Source of the DNA: Candidatus Latescibacterota bacterium
GTDB taxonomy: Bacteria; Latescibacterota; UBA2968; UBA8231
NCBI GenBank assembly: GCA_965217585.1
Contig: OZ244561.1
Location: forward strand, 2,976,001 to 3,040,000
DNA length: 64,000 bases
Direction: 5' to 3'
The notes under the pieces were generated by a model. It did no database searches and was not told the DNA's origin. It saw only the letters and a program-made list of their open reading frames with translations. The translations under genes and the position numbers were made by a program. Of the stretch, positions 26,636 to 34,505 are shown in pieces. Position 1 is the first letter of the stretch. Every line of letters begins with the position of its first letter.

Positions 26636-29600
26636 TCAAAATACCTTGTTCAACCAACGGGTAATAGCGCTCGGTTGCTGCCGCCCGCCACCGCGACCGC
26701 CGCGACCGCCGCGACCGCCGCGACCGCGCCAATTGCCGAAAGACCCCACATCTTCCTCGTAGGCGGCCTCTGGGTTGTCTGGGTCAATCCAGCGCCAGCG
26801 CACTGCATCGGCGTAGAGTTGGCCGCTGGCTTGGTCGGACAGCTCGACCCGCGCCCTTTCGCCTTCGGCAAAGTGAAATCGCCCCAGCAAATTCCAGCCG
26901 CCTTGCAGCGTCTCGCTCTTGAGCGCGAGAGTATCTACCACACCCCCATGCGCGACCGCGAGCGAAAACGATTCGGCCAAGCTCAACCCAAAGCGCCGAC
27001 TAAACCGCGACGGCACGAAATAGTACGCCACGTCGTAGAAGCCCGCCTTGGGCAGCGTGGTCGTCCACACCGCCGGCTGCGCCCCATCGCCGGGCGGCTT
27101 CCAGCGGAAATTGGTCTCGTAGCGGCCGAAGGCAAGAGGCAGCTCCTGCACCTGCCAGTTGTCGCCTCTAAGCCCGGGGCGCAGGTAGCGTTGCACCCGG
27201 CGGATCGGCATGGAAAAGCCCTCGTCGTCGTTGTCGACTACGATCTCCGAGAAAAAGTTTTCCTCGTCTTCTACGACTCGCACGTAGGATTTGGGATAGC
27301 CGGCAAAGACCTGCTCGGGGATGCTCAAGGCGGCGACAATCGGCCGCTGGTTTTTGGCCAAAAACGGCTCGACCATCACCCGGAACGGCCGTGCAAAAAG
27401 CACCATGGACACCTCGACCTCCTGCCCGCCTTCAATGGCAATCGCCTTTGCGGCTTGGTCCTCGCGCCCAAGGGCCTGCACCTCGACAAAGCCGCGGCCC
27501 GGCTCGCCGTTTTTGATCCGCACGATCACCTGGTACACCACTGCGCCCCAGCCGTCGTCCATCTTCTTGGCCGTCGCCCGGGTCAGGGTATAGCCCGGCA
27601 CGTGGGTTCCGTAGATCCAGTCGTGGACTAGCTGCTGCACGTCGATCTTCTGGCGGCCAACTTCCCCGTCGGGGACGACCGCATCCTCAAAATCGGCAAA
27701 GGAGACCTGCTGGTACTTGTTGTTCTCGTCAAAGGTGCCGACCGCTTCGATAAATTGGTCGGCCCCCAGCACCGACTTGACGACCCGGAAGATGGACAGG
27801 CTCTTGGCTTTGAGGATCGACCGGTAGAGGGCGGGTTCGGCGGCTTTGTCCATTTCCGCCAGCGAGTGCTGCTGCATCTCTACCACCAGCGTGTCCCAAG
27901 CCGGGCCGGTGTTAGCGGCGGGCCGGGGGGCACCGCCGGGGCCGCCGCCCCGAGAGCGCATCATGCTGCTGATCATCCGCGCCATTCCGCCGCTCATCCG
28001 GCCGCCCCAGCGGCTCGAAAACATCGCCATCCGCAAGTCGGCGCTGACGTCTTCCTGCATGTAGAGCGGCAACCCGCGCGCGACTAGGTCGGCGTGCTCG
28101 CCGCCGAAGCCGCGGTCAAAGGACCATAGCTGCACCAGTGGGCTGCGAAACAGGCCGCTACGCCCTCCTTCGGGACTCAAGAAATCCTGGAAGAGTGCCC
28201 CGACCAGCACGTCTTTTTTGGCTTGCGCCTCGTCTTGGTCGCCGCGCCGCCGCGCCATCCGCGCATCAAAGTCGCGCTGGAAGCGGTGGCCCATCAACAC
28301 GTCCTCCTCAATCATCAGCACCCCTGGCTGCACTAGGCCACCGCGCTCCTCCCAGCCCTCGTAGTACCACTGCACCAAGAAGGGCACCTCCACCAGCGAG
28401 AGCCTCGGGTACGAGTATTTCAGCCCCGTCTCCTGCTCCATCGCGTCGAAAAGCTGGTCGATGGTCTCTACTACTTTGTCGGGAGCGTCGGCGAAAAAGC
28501 GCACCGGGCGCAGGTGGGCCGGATGGACATAGAGGGCGAACTCGACCTCGCGGACCGTGGTCTTATAGACCTCGTAGCGGCCGGCGTGTAGAGAAAAAAG
28601 CGGCACCGGATAATCCACCTGCCACTGCGTGCGGACGCGCCCGCCTTGGTCCTCTTGGGCTATGGGTCGCCCCTGCGTGACCACCTCCAGCCCAGCGGGC
28701 ACCGACACCGCGATCTCTGCCGTGGCAAACGAAGGCGGCGGCGGCACTTGCGGGTGGTAGGCTACCCCGGCGATGGGATACCAGCCGCTGCGTGGGGGCA
28801 AAAAGACCGATTCGCCGCGGATCCAGGCCGTCAGGTCGCCCTTGATAAACGGCCACTTGTTCTTGTGCAGCCGCACCTCGTCGCGCAGCAGATCAAAGCC
28901 TTGGCGGTCGATGTCGCCGTCGTAGGCCAGCGTCAAGGTCTGCTCAGCCCCGGCGGCCAGCGGCGCGGCGACCCGGATCACGGCCGCACCCCGCTTCCAC
29001 CCCAACTCGTTGCCGGCCGCATCCTGCACCGACCGCAGCGTCAAGCCGGGGTTGAGCGCAAAAATCAGCGTATCCAGCGCGCCGTCGTGGTCGTTGTACA
29101 ATCGCAACTGGGCCTTGGCCGCCAGCGGCGCATCCTCGCCAGCCAACGCGACCTCCAGCCGGTAGTGCGCCACCTGCGGTACCGGCGCGTCTGCGTAGCG
29201 ATATTGCTCGGCGAGCAGGCGCTGGCGATAGGCTTGGTTGGCTTGGTCTTGGGCGTCGATGTGCTGATACAGCCCCACCGCCGCCAACAGCCCCACCCCG
29301 GCCATGCCCCGGCCGACCCAAGCCCATCCCAGCGACTGGGACAGGCGCGGATAGCGCTCTATCGACAGGCCAAAAAAGAACAGCCCGAGGGCTAAGTAAA
29401 AAAGCCGCTGGTCGATCACCCGCGATATATCGCCCAAGCCGATCATGTCCGAGTAGAAAAGCGGGGCGAAAAAGGCCCCAAAGTCCCACCAGCCGCCGTA
29501 GCCCTCGCCGAGGTAAAACAACACCGCGAGCGCGTAGGCCATAGTCAGCAGGGCGACAGCCGTCTGGTGCCGCAACACAGCGCCTAAAAAGAAGGTCAGG

Positions 29601-30094
29601 GCCGACATGTACAGCAGCGCCGGCAGGGTCATCACCAGCAGGTACAGCAGATAGGGCCGCAGCGTGAACGGCGCGTCGAGCAGGCTGATCTTGGCCGCTT
29701 GGACGGCCACCGTCAAAACCAGCACCGCCAAGCTCAAGGTCAGCAGTGCCCCGAGGACCCCGAGGTACTTGCCGATGACCAGTTCGGCGGTCGCTATCGG
29801 CCGCCCGGCGATCACCTCGTGGACCCCGGCCCGCTCGTCGGCGGCGCGGAAGTCGCCGACGATAAAGGCGATCACGACCGCCTGTACATAGCTATAGACG
29901 TAAAAGGGGACAAACGCCCCCATGCCCAGCGCCGAGCTGAACTCGATCCCCCGCGCTTCGAGCACGGCTAAGCCGACGCCAATCAGCAGCGGCAGCGCGA
30001 CCCCGATGCTGCCGAGGATGCGGAAGCGGGTGGTCCGCAAGAGCAGCATCCGCTCGTAGCGGGCCACGCCGAGGATGTTGTGGACGGCGCGCAT
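26636..30094 (-). CDS. ABC-2 permease fused to an M1-aminopeptidase-like domain (no HExxH) and a C-terminal golvesin/xanthan-lyase-like beta-sandwich
   Basis: N-terminal TMs with DERAGVHEVIAGRP...GKYLG; M1-like YRLEV, WYP, YPRLSLVEVP, K....VLG.DQF; C-terminal IVVDNDD.GF...W...G.YDV...GWNLLGRF...ADAVRW. Confidence 0.78.
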   Translation of the reverse strand: MRAVHNILGVARYERMLLLRTTRFRILGSIGVALPLLIGVGLAVLEARGIEFSSALGMGAFVPFYVYSYVQAVVIAFIVGDFRAADERAGVHEVIAGRPIATAELVIGKYLGVLGALLTLSLAVLVLTVAVQAAKISLLDAPFTLRPYLLYLLVMTLPALLYMSALTFFLGAVLRHQTAVALLTMAYALAVLFYLGEGYGGWWDFGAFFAPLFYSDMIGLGDISRVIDQRLFYLALGLFFFGLSIERYPRLSQSLGWAWVGRGMAGVGLLAAVGLYQHIDAQDQANQAYRQRLLAEQYRYADAPVPQVAHYRLEVALAGEDAPLAAKAQLRLYNDHDGALDTLIFALNPGLTLRSVQDAAGNELGWKRGAAVIRVAAPLAAGAEQTLTLAYDGDIDRQGFDLLRDEVRLHKNKWPFIKGDLTAWIRGESVFLPPRSGWYPIAGVAYHPQVPPPPSFATAEIAVSVPAGLEVVTQGRPIAQEDQGGRVRTQWQVDYPVPLFSLHAGRYEVYKTTVREVEFALYVHPAHLRPVRFFADAPDKVVETIDQLFDAMEQETGLKYSYPRLSLVEVPFLVQWYYEGWEERGGLVQPGVLMIEEDVLMGHRFQRDFDARMARRRGDQDEAQAKKDVLVGALFQDFLSPEGGRSGLFRSPLVQLWSFDRGFGGEHADLVARGLPLYMQEDVSADLRMAMFSSRWGGRMSGGMARMISSMMRSRGGGPGGAPRPAANTGPAWDTLVVEMQQHSLAEMDKAAEPALYRSILKAKSLSIFRVVKSVLGADQFIEAVGTFDENNKYQQVSFADFEDAVVPDGEVGRQKIDVQQLVHDWIYGTHVPGYTLTRATAKKMDDGWGAVVYQVIVRIKNGEPGRGFVEVQALGREDQAAKAIAIEGGQEVEVSMVLFARPFRVMVEPFLAKNQRPIVAALSIPEQVFAGYPKSYVRVVEDEENFFSEIVVDNDDEGFSMPIRRVQRYLRPGLRGDNWQVQELPLAFGRYETNFRWKPPGDGAQPAVWTTTLPKAGFYDVAYYFVPSRFSRRFGLSLAESFSLAVAHGGVVDTLALKSETLQGGWNLLGRFHFAEGERARVELSDQASGQLYADAVRWRWIDPDNPEAAYEEDVGSFGNWRGRGGRGGRGGRGGGRQQPSAITRWLNKVF

Positions 30095-30099
30095 GGCGT

Positions 30100-30972
30100 T
30101 TAGGCCGATCCCATAAAATAGATATAGGCGTCTTCGAGGCTGGGCGCGGTCGGCACGGCACCCGGCGGCGGTGCTGCGTCGCCGACGATCCTGAGCGCCA
30201 TGCCGACGCCGTCGGCGCTGATGTTGACCACGCTAAAGCGGCTGGCGATGGCCTCAAACCCGTCGTCGTCGGTCTGCAAAAGCCAGGTTTTGCCCTCGGC
30301 CTTGGCGACGAAGTCCGCGGGTGCGCCGTGGAAGCGCAGCCGTCCCTGATGCAATACGGCCAAGTCCTCGCAGGTGCTCGAAATATCGCCGACGATGTGG
30401 GTCGAGATGAGAATGGTGCGGCTGGCGCTCAGCCTCCCCAAAATGGCCCGGAAGCGGATCCGCTCCTCTGGGTCAAGCCCGACGGTCGGCTCATCGACGA
30501 TGATAAACTCAGGGTCGGCCAAAATCACCTGCGCGATGCCAAGCCGCCGCCGCATCCCCCCCGAAAAGGTGCCGGTCTTGCGCTCGCGCACCTCGTAGAG
30601 ACCCACGTCCTCCAAAGCTTGGGCGACCCTTTCGCGGCGCTGCCGCTGGCCGTGCAACCCGCCGAGCCGCCCCATGTAGTCGAGGAATTCCCAAGCCGAA
30701 AGCTGCGGGTACGCGCCGAAGTGCTGCGGCAAGTAGCCGAGCCGCCGCCGCACCTCGGCGCGGTCCTTTTGCAAGTCCCAGCCGTCGATCTCCACCGCGC
30801 CCGCGCTGGGCACCATCTGGGTGGAGAGAATTTTGATCAGCGTGGTCTTACCCGCGCCGTTGGGTCCTAAGAGACCAAACGTCCCGTGGCGGATCTCCAA
30901 GCTCAGGTCAGCAAGCGCCGGAACCTCGTTGCGGCCATAGGTCTTGCTCAGGTTTTGGATGCGTATTCTCAA
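30100..30972 (-). CDS. ABC transporter ATP-binding protein
   Basis: IQNLSKTY, GPNGAGKTT, GYLPQ, FSGGMRRR, VDEPTVGLDP, STH, PSLEDAY. Confidence 0.95.
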   Translation of the reverse strand: MRIRIQNLSKTYGRNEVPALADLSLEIRHGTFGLLGPNGAGKTTLIKILSTQMVPSAGAVEIDGWDLQKDRAEVRRRLGYLPQHFGAYPQLSAWEFLDYMGRLGGLHGQRQRRERVAQALEDVGLYEVRERKTGTFSGGMRRRLGIAQVILADPEFIIVDEPTVGLDPEERIRFRAILGRLSASRTILISTHIVGDISSTCEDLAVLHQGRLRFHGAPADFVAKAEGKTWLLQTDDDGFEAIASRFSVVNISADGVGMALRIVGDAAPPPGAVPTAPSLEDAYIYFMGSA

Positions 30973-31430
30973 AAACCACCGCCACCACCGCCACCACCGC
31001 CGCGGGGACCGCCGCGGGGACCGCCGCGGCCGCCGAAGTTCCTGCGGCGCTCTTGCTGCTCTTGCATATGCGCTTTCAGTGCCTCGACCTGCTCTTTCTC
31101 CAAGACCTCAGTAAGCACCCCCATGATCTTGGTTTGTATCTCCATTTGCATCTCGCGCATGGTCTCGCGCATGGACCGGAAATCGACCTCGCCGCTGAAC
31201 ATCTTCGCCATTGCCTGCTGTCGCTTTGCGTAGAGCGGCTTGAGGCTGGTCCGCAGTGCGAGTACCTGCTCGTCGGTCACGTTGAATTTCTCCTCGAACG
31301 CCAGCAGACCGAAAATCTGGTCCGGCGACATACCGCCGCGACCACCGCCGCCCGGCTGCGCTTCAAGCGGCAAAACGCCCAACAGACCAATGCCCAAGGC
31401 CCAAAAGGCCGACTTGCGAATGCGTGTCAT
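30969..31430 (-). CDS. small periplasmic helical protein, Spy/CpxP-like, with Gly/Arg-rich termini
   Basis: ATG 31430 with GGAGGA; signal peptide; VTDEQ and VLEKEQ (LTxxQ-like) motifs; Met-rich helices. Confidence 0.7.
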   Translation of the reverse strand: MTRIRKSAFWALGIGLLGVLPLEAQPGGGGRGGMSPDQIFGLLAFEEKFNVTDEQVLALRTSLKPLYAKRQQAMAKMFSGEVDFRSMRETMREMQMEIQTKIMGVLTEVLEKEQVEALKAHMQEQQERRRNFGGRGGPRGGPRGGGGGGGGGF

Positions 31431-31470
31431 ACAATCCTCCACGTAAAAGGTTGGGATGAAACTACAGACA

Positions 31471-31499
31471 TTAGACACCCCGTCCCTCCGATCCATTCC
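31471..31499 (-). promoter_or_regulatory. ECF (sigmaE-like) promoter of the ABC-RND operon
   Basis: Minus strand GGAAT-N18-GTCTAA, about 40 nt upstream of the first ATG. Confidence 0.55.
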
Positions 31500-31583
31500 C
31501 GCCTTTCGCCCGATAGTGGGTGCTGATGGATAAAGGGCCAGTAAGGCGGAGAACGCAAGAAGGCCCTCTTGCGCGGGACGGAT

Positions 31584-31712
31584 CTCCTCGGTTTTACGGG
31601 ACGGCGCACCGACCACTTGCTGTGCAACCCGGTCGAAATTCGGGTCGGGCGCGGCGACTTGTTGCTGTACGGGCCGCGGGAAGGAGGCGCTGGCGAAACT
31701 TTGGTGAGATGA
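31584..31712 (+). pseudogene. internally deleted thiN remnant
   Basis: 29-nt exact match to thiN 13298-13326, continuing LLGFTGRRTDHLL, joined at CAA to NPVEIRVGRGDLLL (thiN ~13579 onward), i.e. a 240-nt in-frame deletion. Confidence 0.88.
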
Positions 31713-31746
31713 GTAGGTTGTCTGCTGCATAGAAAGGAGAGCCACC

Positions 31747-32823
31747 ATGAAGACGCACACAGTAGCGATCATCGGCCTCGGGCGCATGGGCAGCACCATC
31801 GACGACGAAGGGCACGGCGACGTGCCCTATTCGGTCGCGGCCGCGACCAAGGCGAGCGAGCGGTTGGAACTCGTGGCCGGAGCGGACCTCCTGCCGGATA
31901 AGCGCGATGCCTTTCAAAGCCGCTGGGGAGCAGCCGTGTACGAAGACTTCCGCGACATGATCCGTCGCGAAGAGCCAGACCTCGTGGCCATCTGCACGGC
32001 GGCCTGTTTGCCCAAGCCCGCCAGAGAGGCCCCGGACGCGAGTTTTCGCGGCGATTCGCACGCCGACCTAGCGGTGGCGGTGGCCGATCTGGGCGTGCCG
32101 ATGATCTTCCTCGAAAAGGCCATGGCCAGTTCAATGGAGCGCGCCGACGAAATCCGCGATGCCGTAAAGCGCAACAACGCACTCTTCAACACGGGCGTCC
32201 TGCGTCGCTTTGACAACCGCTACGAGGTGGTCAAGGACGCGGTCGCCGCCGGTCAGGTCGGCGAGGTCCGGGCCGCGATTCACTACGCCAGCTCCAGCCT
32301 GATGCACGGGCACATCCATTCGATCGACACGGTGTCCTATCTCATCGGCGACCCGGCGATTGCCGCCGTGCGCGGCGAGCTTTTGCCCCGAGGCTTGCAA
32401 GTCGAGGGCAATCACATTCCGGCCGACCCTTTGGCCACCTATCAACTGCGCTTTGCCAACGGCGTCGAAGCGTGGTCAATTCCCGCGACCCCGTGGGAAT
32501 TCGAGGTCATCGGCTCGGAGGGCGCAATTCGCTCGTGCAACAACGGGGCCGACGTTTTGCTGCGTCGGCCCGGTGCCGTGCAAGGACGGAGCGCCTTGTG
32601 GGAGGAGGTGCCCGTCGATCCGGTGACGCCGCGCAGTACGACGCAGTGCTGCTTGGAGGATTTGGTAGCGGCGCGCGAATCCGGCCAACCCACGCGCGGC
32701 CACATCGACGTGACTCACCACATCACAGAAGCCACCATCGCCGTAGCCGAGAGCCACCGCCAAGGCGGCGCTTGGGTAGAGTTGCCGCTGCCTGCGCGTG
32801 ACCTGTACATTTTTCACATCTAG
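31747..32823 (+). CDS. Gfo/Idh/MocA family oxidoreductase
   Basis: VAIIGLGRMG, PDLVAICT, LEKAMA, RRF, H.ID; AGGAG RBS. Confidence 0.92.
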   Translation: MKTHTVAIIGLGRMGSTIDDEGHGDVPYSVAAATKASERLELVAGADLLPDKRDAFQSRWGAAVYEDFRDMIRREEPDLVAICTAACLPKPAREAPDASFRGDSHADLAVAVADLGVPMIFLEKAMASSMERADEIRDAVKRNNALFNTGVLRRFDNRYEVVKDAVAAGQVGEVRAAIHYASSSLMHGHIHSIDTVSYLIGDPAIAAVRGELLPRGLQVEGNHIPADPLATYQLRFANGVEAWSIPATPWEFEVIGSEGAIRSCNNGADVLLRRPGAVQGRSALWEEVPVDPVTPRSTTQCCLEDLVAARESGQPTRGHIDVTHHITEATIAVAESHRQGGAWVELPLPARDLYIFHI

Positions 32824-32843
32824 AAAGAGACGCCCACCCCACA

Positions 32844-32868
32844 GGGCACCCACGAGGGGTGCCCCTAC
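32844..32868 (-). repeat. REP element (GTAG-type extragenic palindrome)
   Basis: Minus strand GTAG-GGGCACCC-CTCGT-GGGTGCCC in an intergenic position. Confidence 0.75.
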
Positions 32869-32886
32869 ACTTACTAAAGGATACAC

Positions 32887-33672
32887 GTGTTAAAAGCAGG
32901 CATATTTCTCGATATGGAGAATCTCAACCGCTGTGGCGGCTACGCCATCCGGTTTCGCCAGATCAAGGCTCTGGTGGAGGCGCAGCAGGCGGTTGTGGTG
33001 CGGGCCAACGCCTATATGGCCATTGACCGCGAGCGCGAAAACACGGACCCAGAGTATCGCCAAAAGAGGGAAACGTATCGCAATCGAGCGCGGCGGGAGG
33101 GCTACCACCTGATACTCAAGGAAGTGCGGCGCTATCTCACTTCGGAAGGCGAGACCATCGTCAAGGCCGACGCCGACCTAGAGTTGGCGATAGATGCCCT
33201 GTTGCAGTCGGAGAATTTGGACTACGTGTTGTTGGGCACCGGCGACGGCGACTTCGTGCGCTTGGTGCGCGCCCTGCAAAACCGGGGCAAGCGGGTCGAT
33301 TTGCTGTCTTTTATGAACACCAGCACCGCGCTGCGCCAAGAGGTAGATTACCACTTTTCCGGGTACTTGGTGCCCGGCATTCTATTTTCTGACCGCGATT
33401 CAACCCAGCGCCTGCGCGGCATCCTGCACGCGGTCAACGAGGAGAAGGGCTACGGGTTCTTGACTGCGCAGACCGACTTGGGGCTGGACACCATACGCGA
33501 GGATATTTTTCTGCACATTACCGACCTGCGCATGGCGAGGGGCGGGGTGGTGTCCAATGCGGACTTTGCCCAGTTGAGGATGCGCGGCACGATTATCGAG
33601 TTTGAGGTGGAGGACGATGGTGATCGGAAGAAGGCCGTCAACGCCGTGGAGTTCCGACCGGAGCTACTGTAA
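32887..33672 (+). CDS. NYN (LabA/DUF88, PIN-fold) domain protein with C-terminal cold-shock/OB domain
   Basis: FLDMENL, KADADLELAID, GDGDFV.LV.ALQNRGKRV, S.ALR..VD; then EKGYGFL (RNP1) and DIFLHI (RNP2). Confidence 0.88.
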   Translation: MLKAGIFLDMENLNRCGGYAIRFRQIKALVEAQQAVVVRANAYMAIDRERENTDPEYRQKRETYRNRARREGYHLILKEVRRYLTSEGETIVKADADLELAIDALLQSENLDYVLLGTGDGDFVRLVRALQNRGKRVDLLSFMNTSTALRQEVDYHFSGYLVPGILFSDRDSTQRLRGILHAVNEEKGYGFLTAQTDLGLDTIREDIFLHITDLRMARGGVVSNADFAQLRMRGTIIEFEVEDDGDRKKAVNAVEFRPELL

Positions 33673-33673
33673 G

Positions 33674-34405
33674 ATGAAGAAGGACTGGTGCGCTGAGGAG
33701 TTTCGCTGCATGGTCGCCCTCGGCGAGAGCACCACTGCTGGCGGCTGGAGCACCGCTCCCGATCGCTGCTGGGTGCCTCTCCTAGGCGCGCTCATCAACG
33801 ACTTCCAGACCACGCCTATGCGGGTCGTCAACTCTGGAATCGGCGCCAACCTCATCGCTAGGCGCAGCCCGGCGTACGAGGAGAGCGGCAAGCCGGCTGC
33901 CGACGAGCGCCTCGACAGACACGTCCTCTCCTACGACCCCGACCTGCTCGCGATCTCCTACGGCCTCAACGACGCCCGGGGCGGTACGCCATTGGCCCAG
34001 TTTTGCGAGGACCTCGCCCTGCTCGTGGGGCGCGTGCGCCAACGTGGGAATCCACTCATCCTGTTGCTCGGCCCCTACTTCATGACCGACTTCACCGTCG
34101 GGGGGAAGACCTGGAGTCACGCCGATCTGCCCCTGTTTGGGAGCTTCAACACGGCCACGGCCGAGGTGGCGGCACAACTCGACTGTCTGTACGTCGATCT
34201 GCTGGTCGCGAGCGGTGAAGCGCCTTGGATGGTCCACTACGACGGCGTGCATCAAAACGACCTCGGCCACCGGATCGTCGCCAACCGCATCTTTGAGGTG
34301 CTCGCCCAAAATTGTTCCTGCCTGGCGAAGCGGACCCGGCAGGCCGAGCGGAGCAGTCCGAGGTGGAGGGACGAGTCGGTGCTGAAGTCCGACTACGGCT
34401 TCTGA
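33674..34405 (+). CDS. SGNH/GDSL hydrolase
   Basis: ALGESTTAG, NSGIGAN, YGLND, DGVHQN.LGH. Confidence 0.88.
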   Translation: MKKDWCAEEFRCMVALGESTTAGGWSTAPDRCWVPLLGALINDFQTTPMRVVNSGIGANLIARRSPAYEESGKPAADERLDRHVLSYDPDLLAISYGLNDARGGTPLAQFCEDLALLVGRVRQRGNPLILLLGPYFMTDFTVGGKTWSHADLPLFGSFNTATAEVAAQLDCLYVDLLVASGEAPWMVHYDGVHQNDLGHRIVANRIFEVLAQNCSCLAKRTRQAERSSPRWRDESVLKSDYGF

Positions 34406-34505
34406 CCATGAGCGCGCGAGAACTGGACCTAGCGATGAGATTCCAATGTGCAGGAGTCCGGTCGGACGAGTTCAGGCTGTCTGTTGAGCTGCGGGGAAAG
34501 GAGGT

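Noticed and set aside
14945-31712. Classical integrative element or prophage
   Set aside because: No integrase, transposase, phage or conjugation gene is visible; only the thiN-derived flanks support insertion.
31431-31799. 123-aa N-terminal extension of the small periplasmic protein
   Set aside because: It spans the promoter and thiN remnant and overlaps the opposite-strand gene; ATG 31430 has a strong RBS and a signal peptide.
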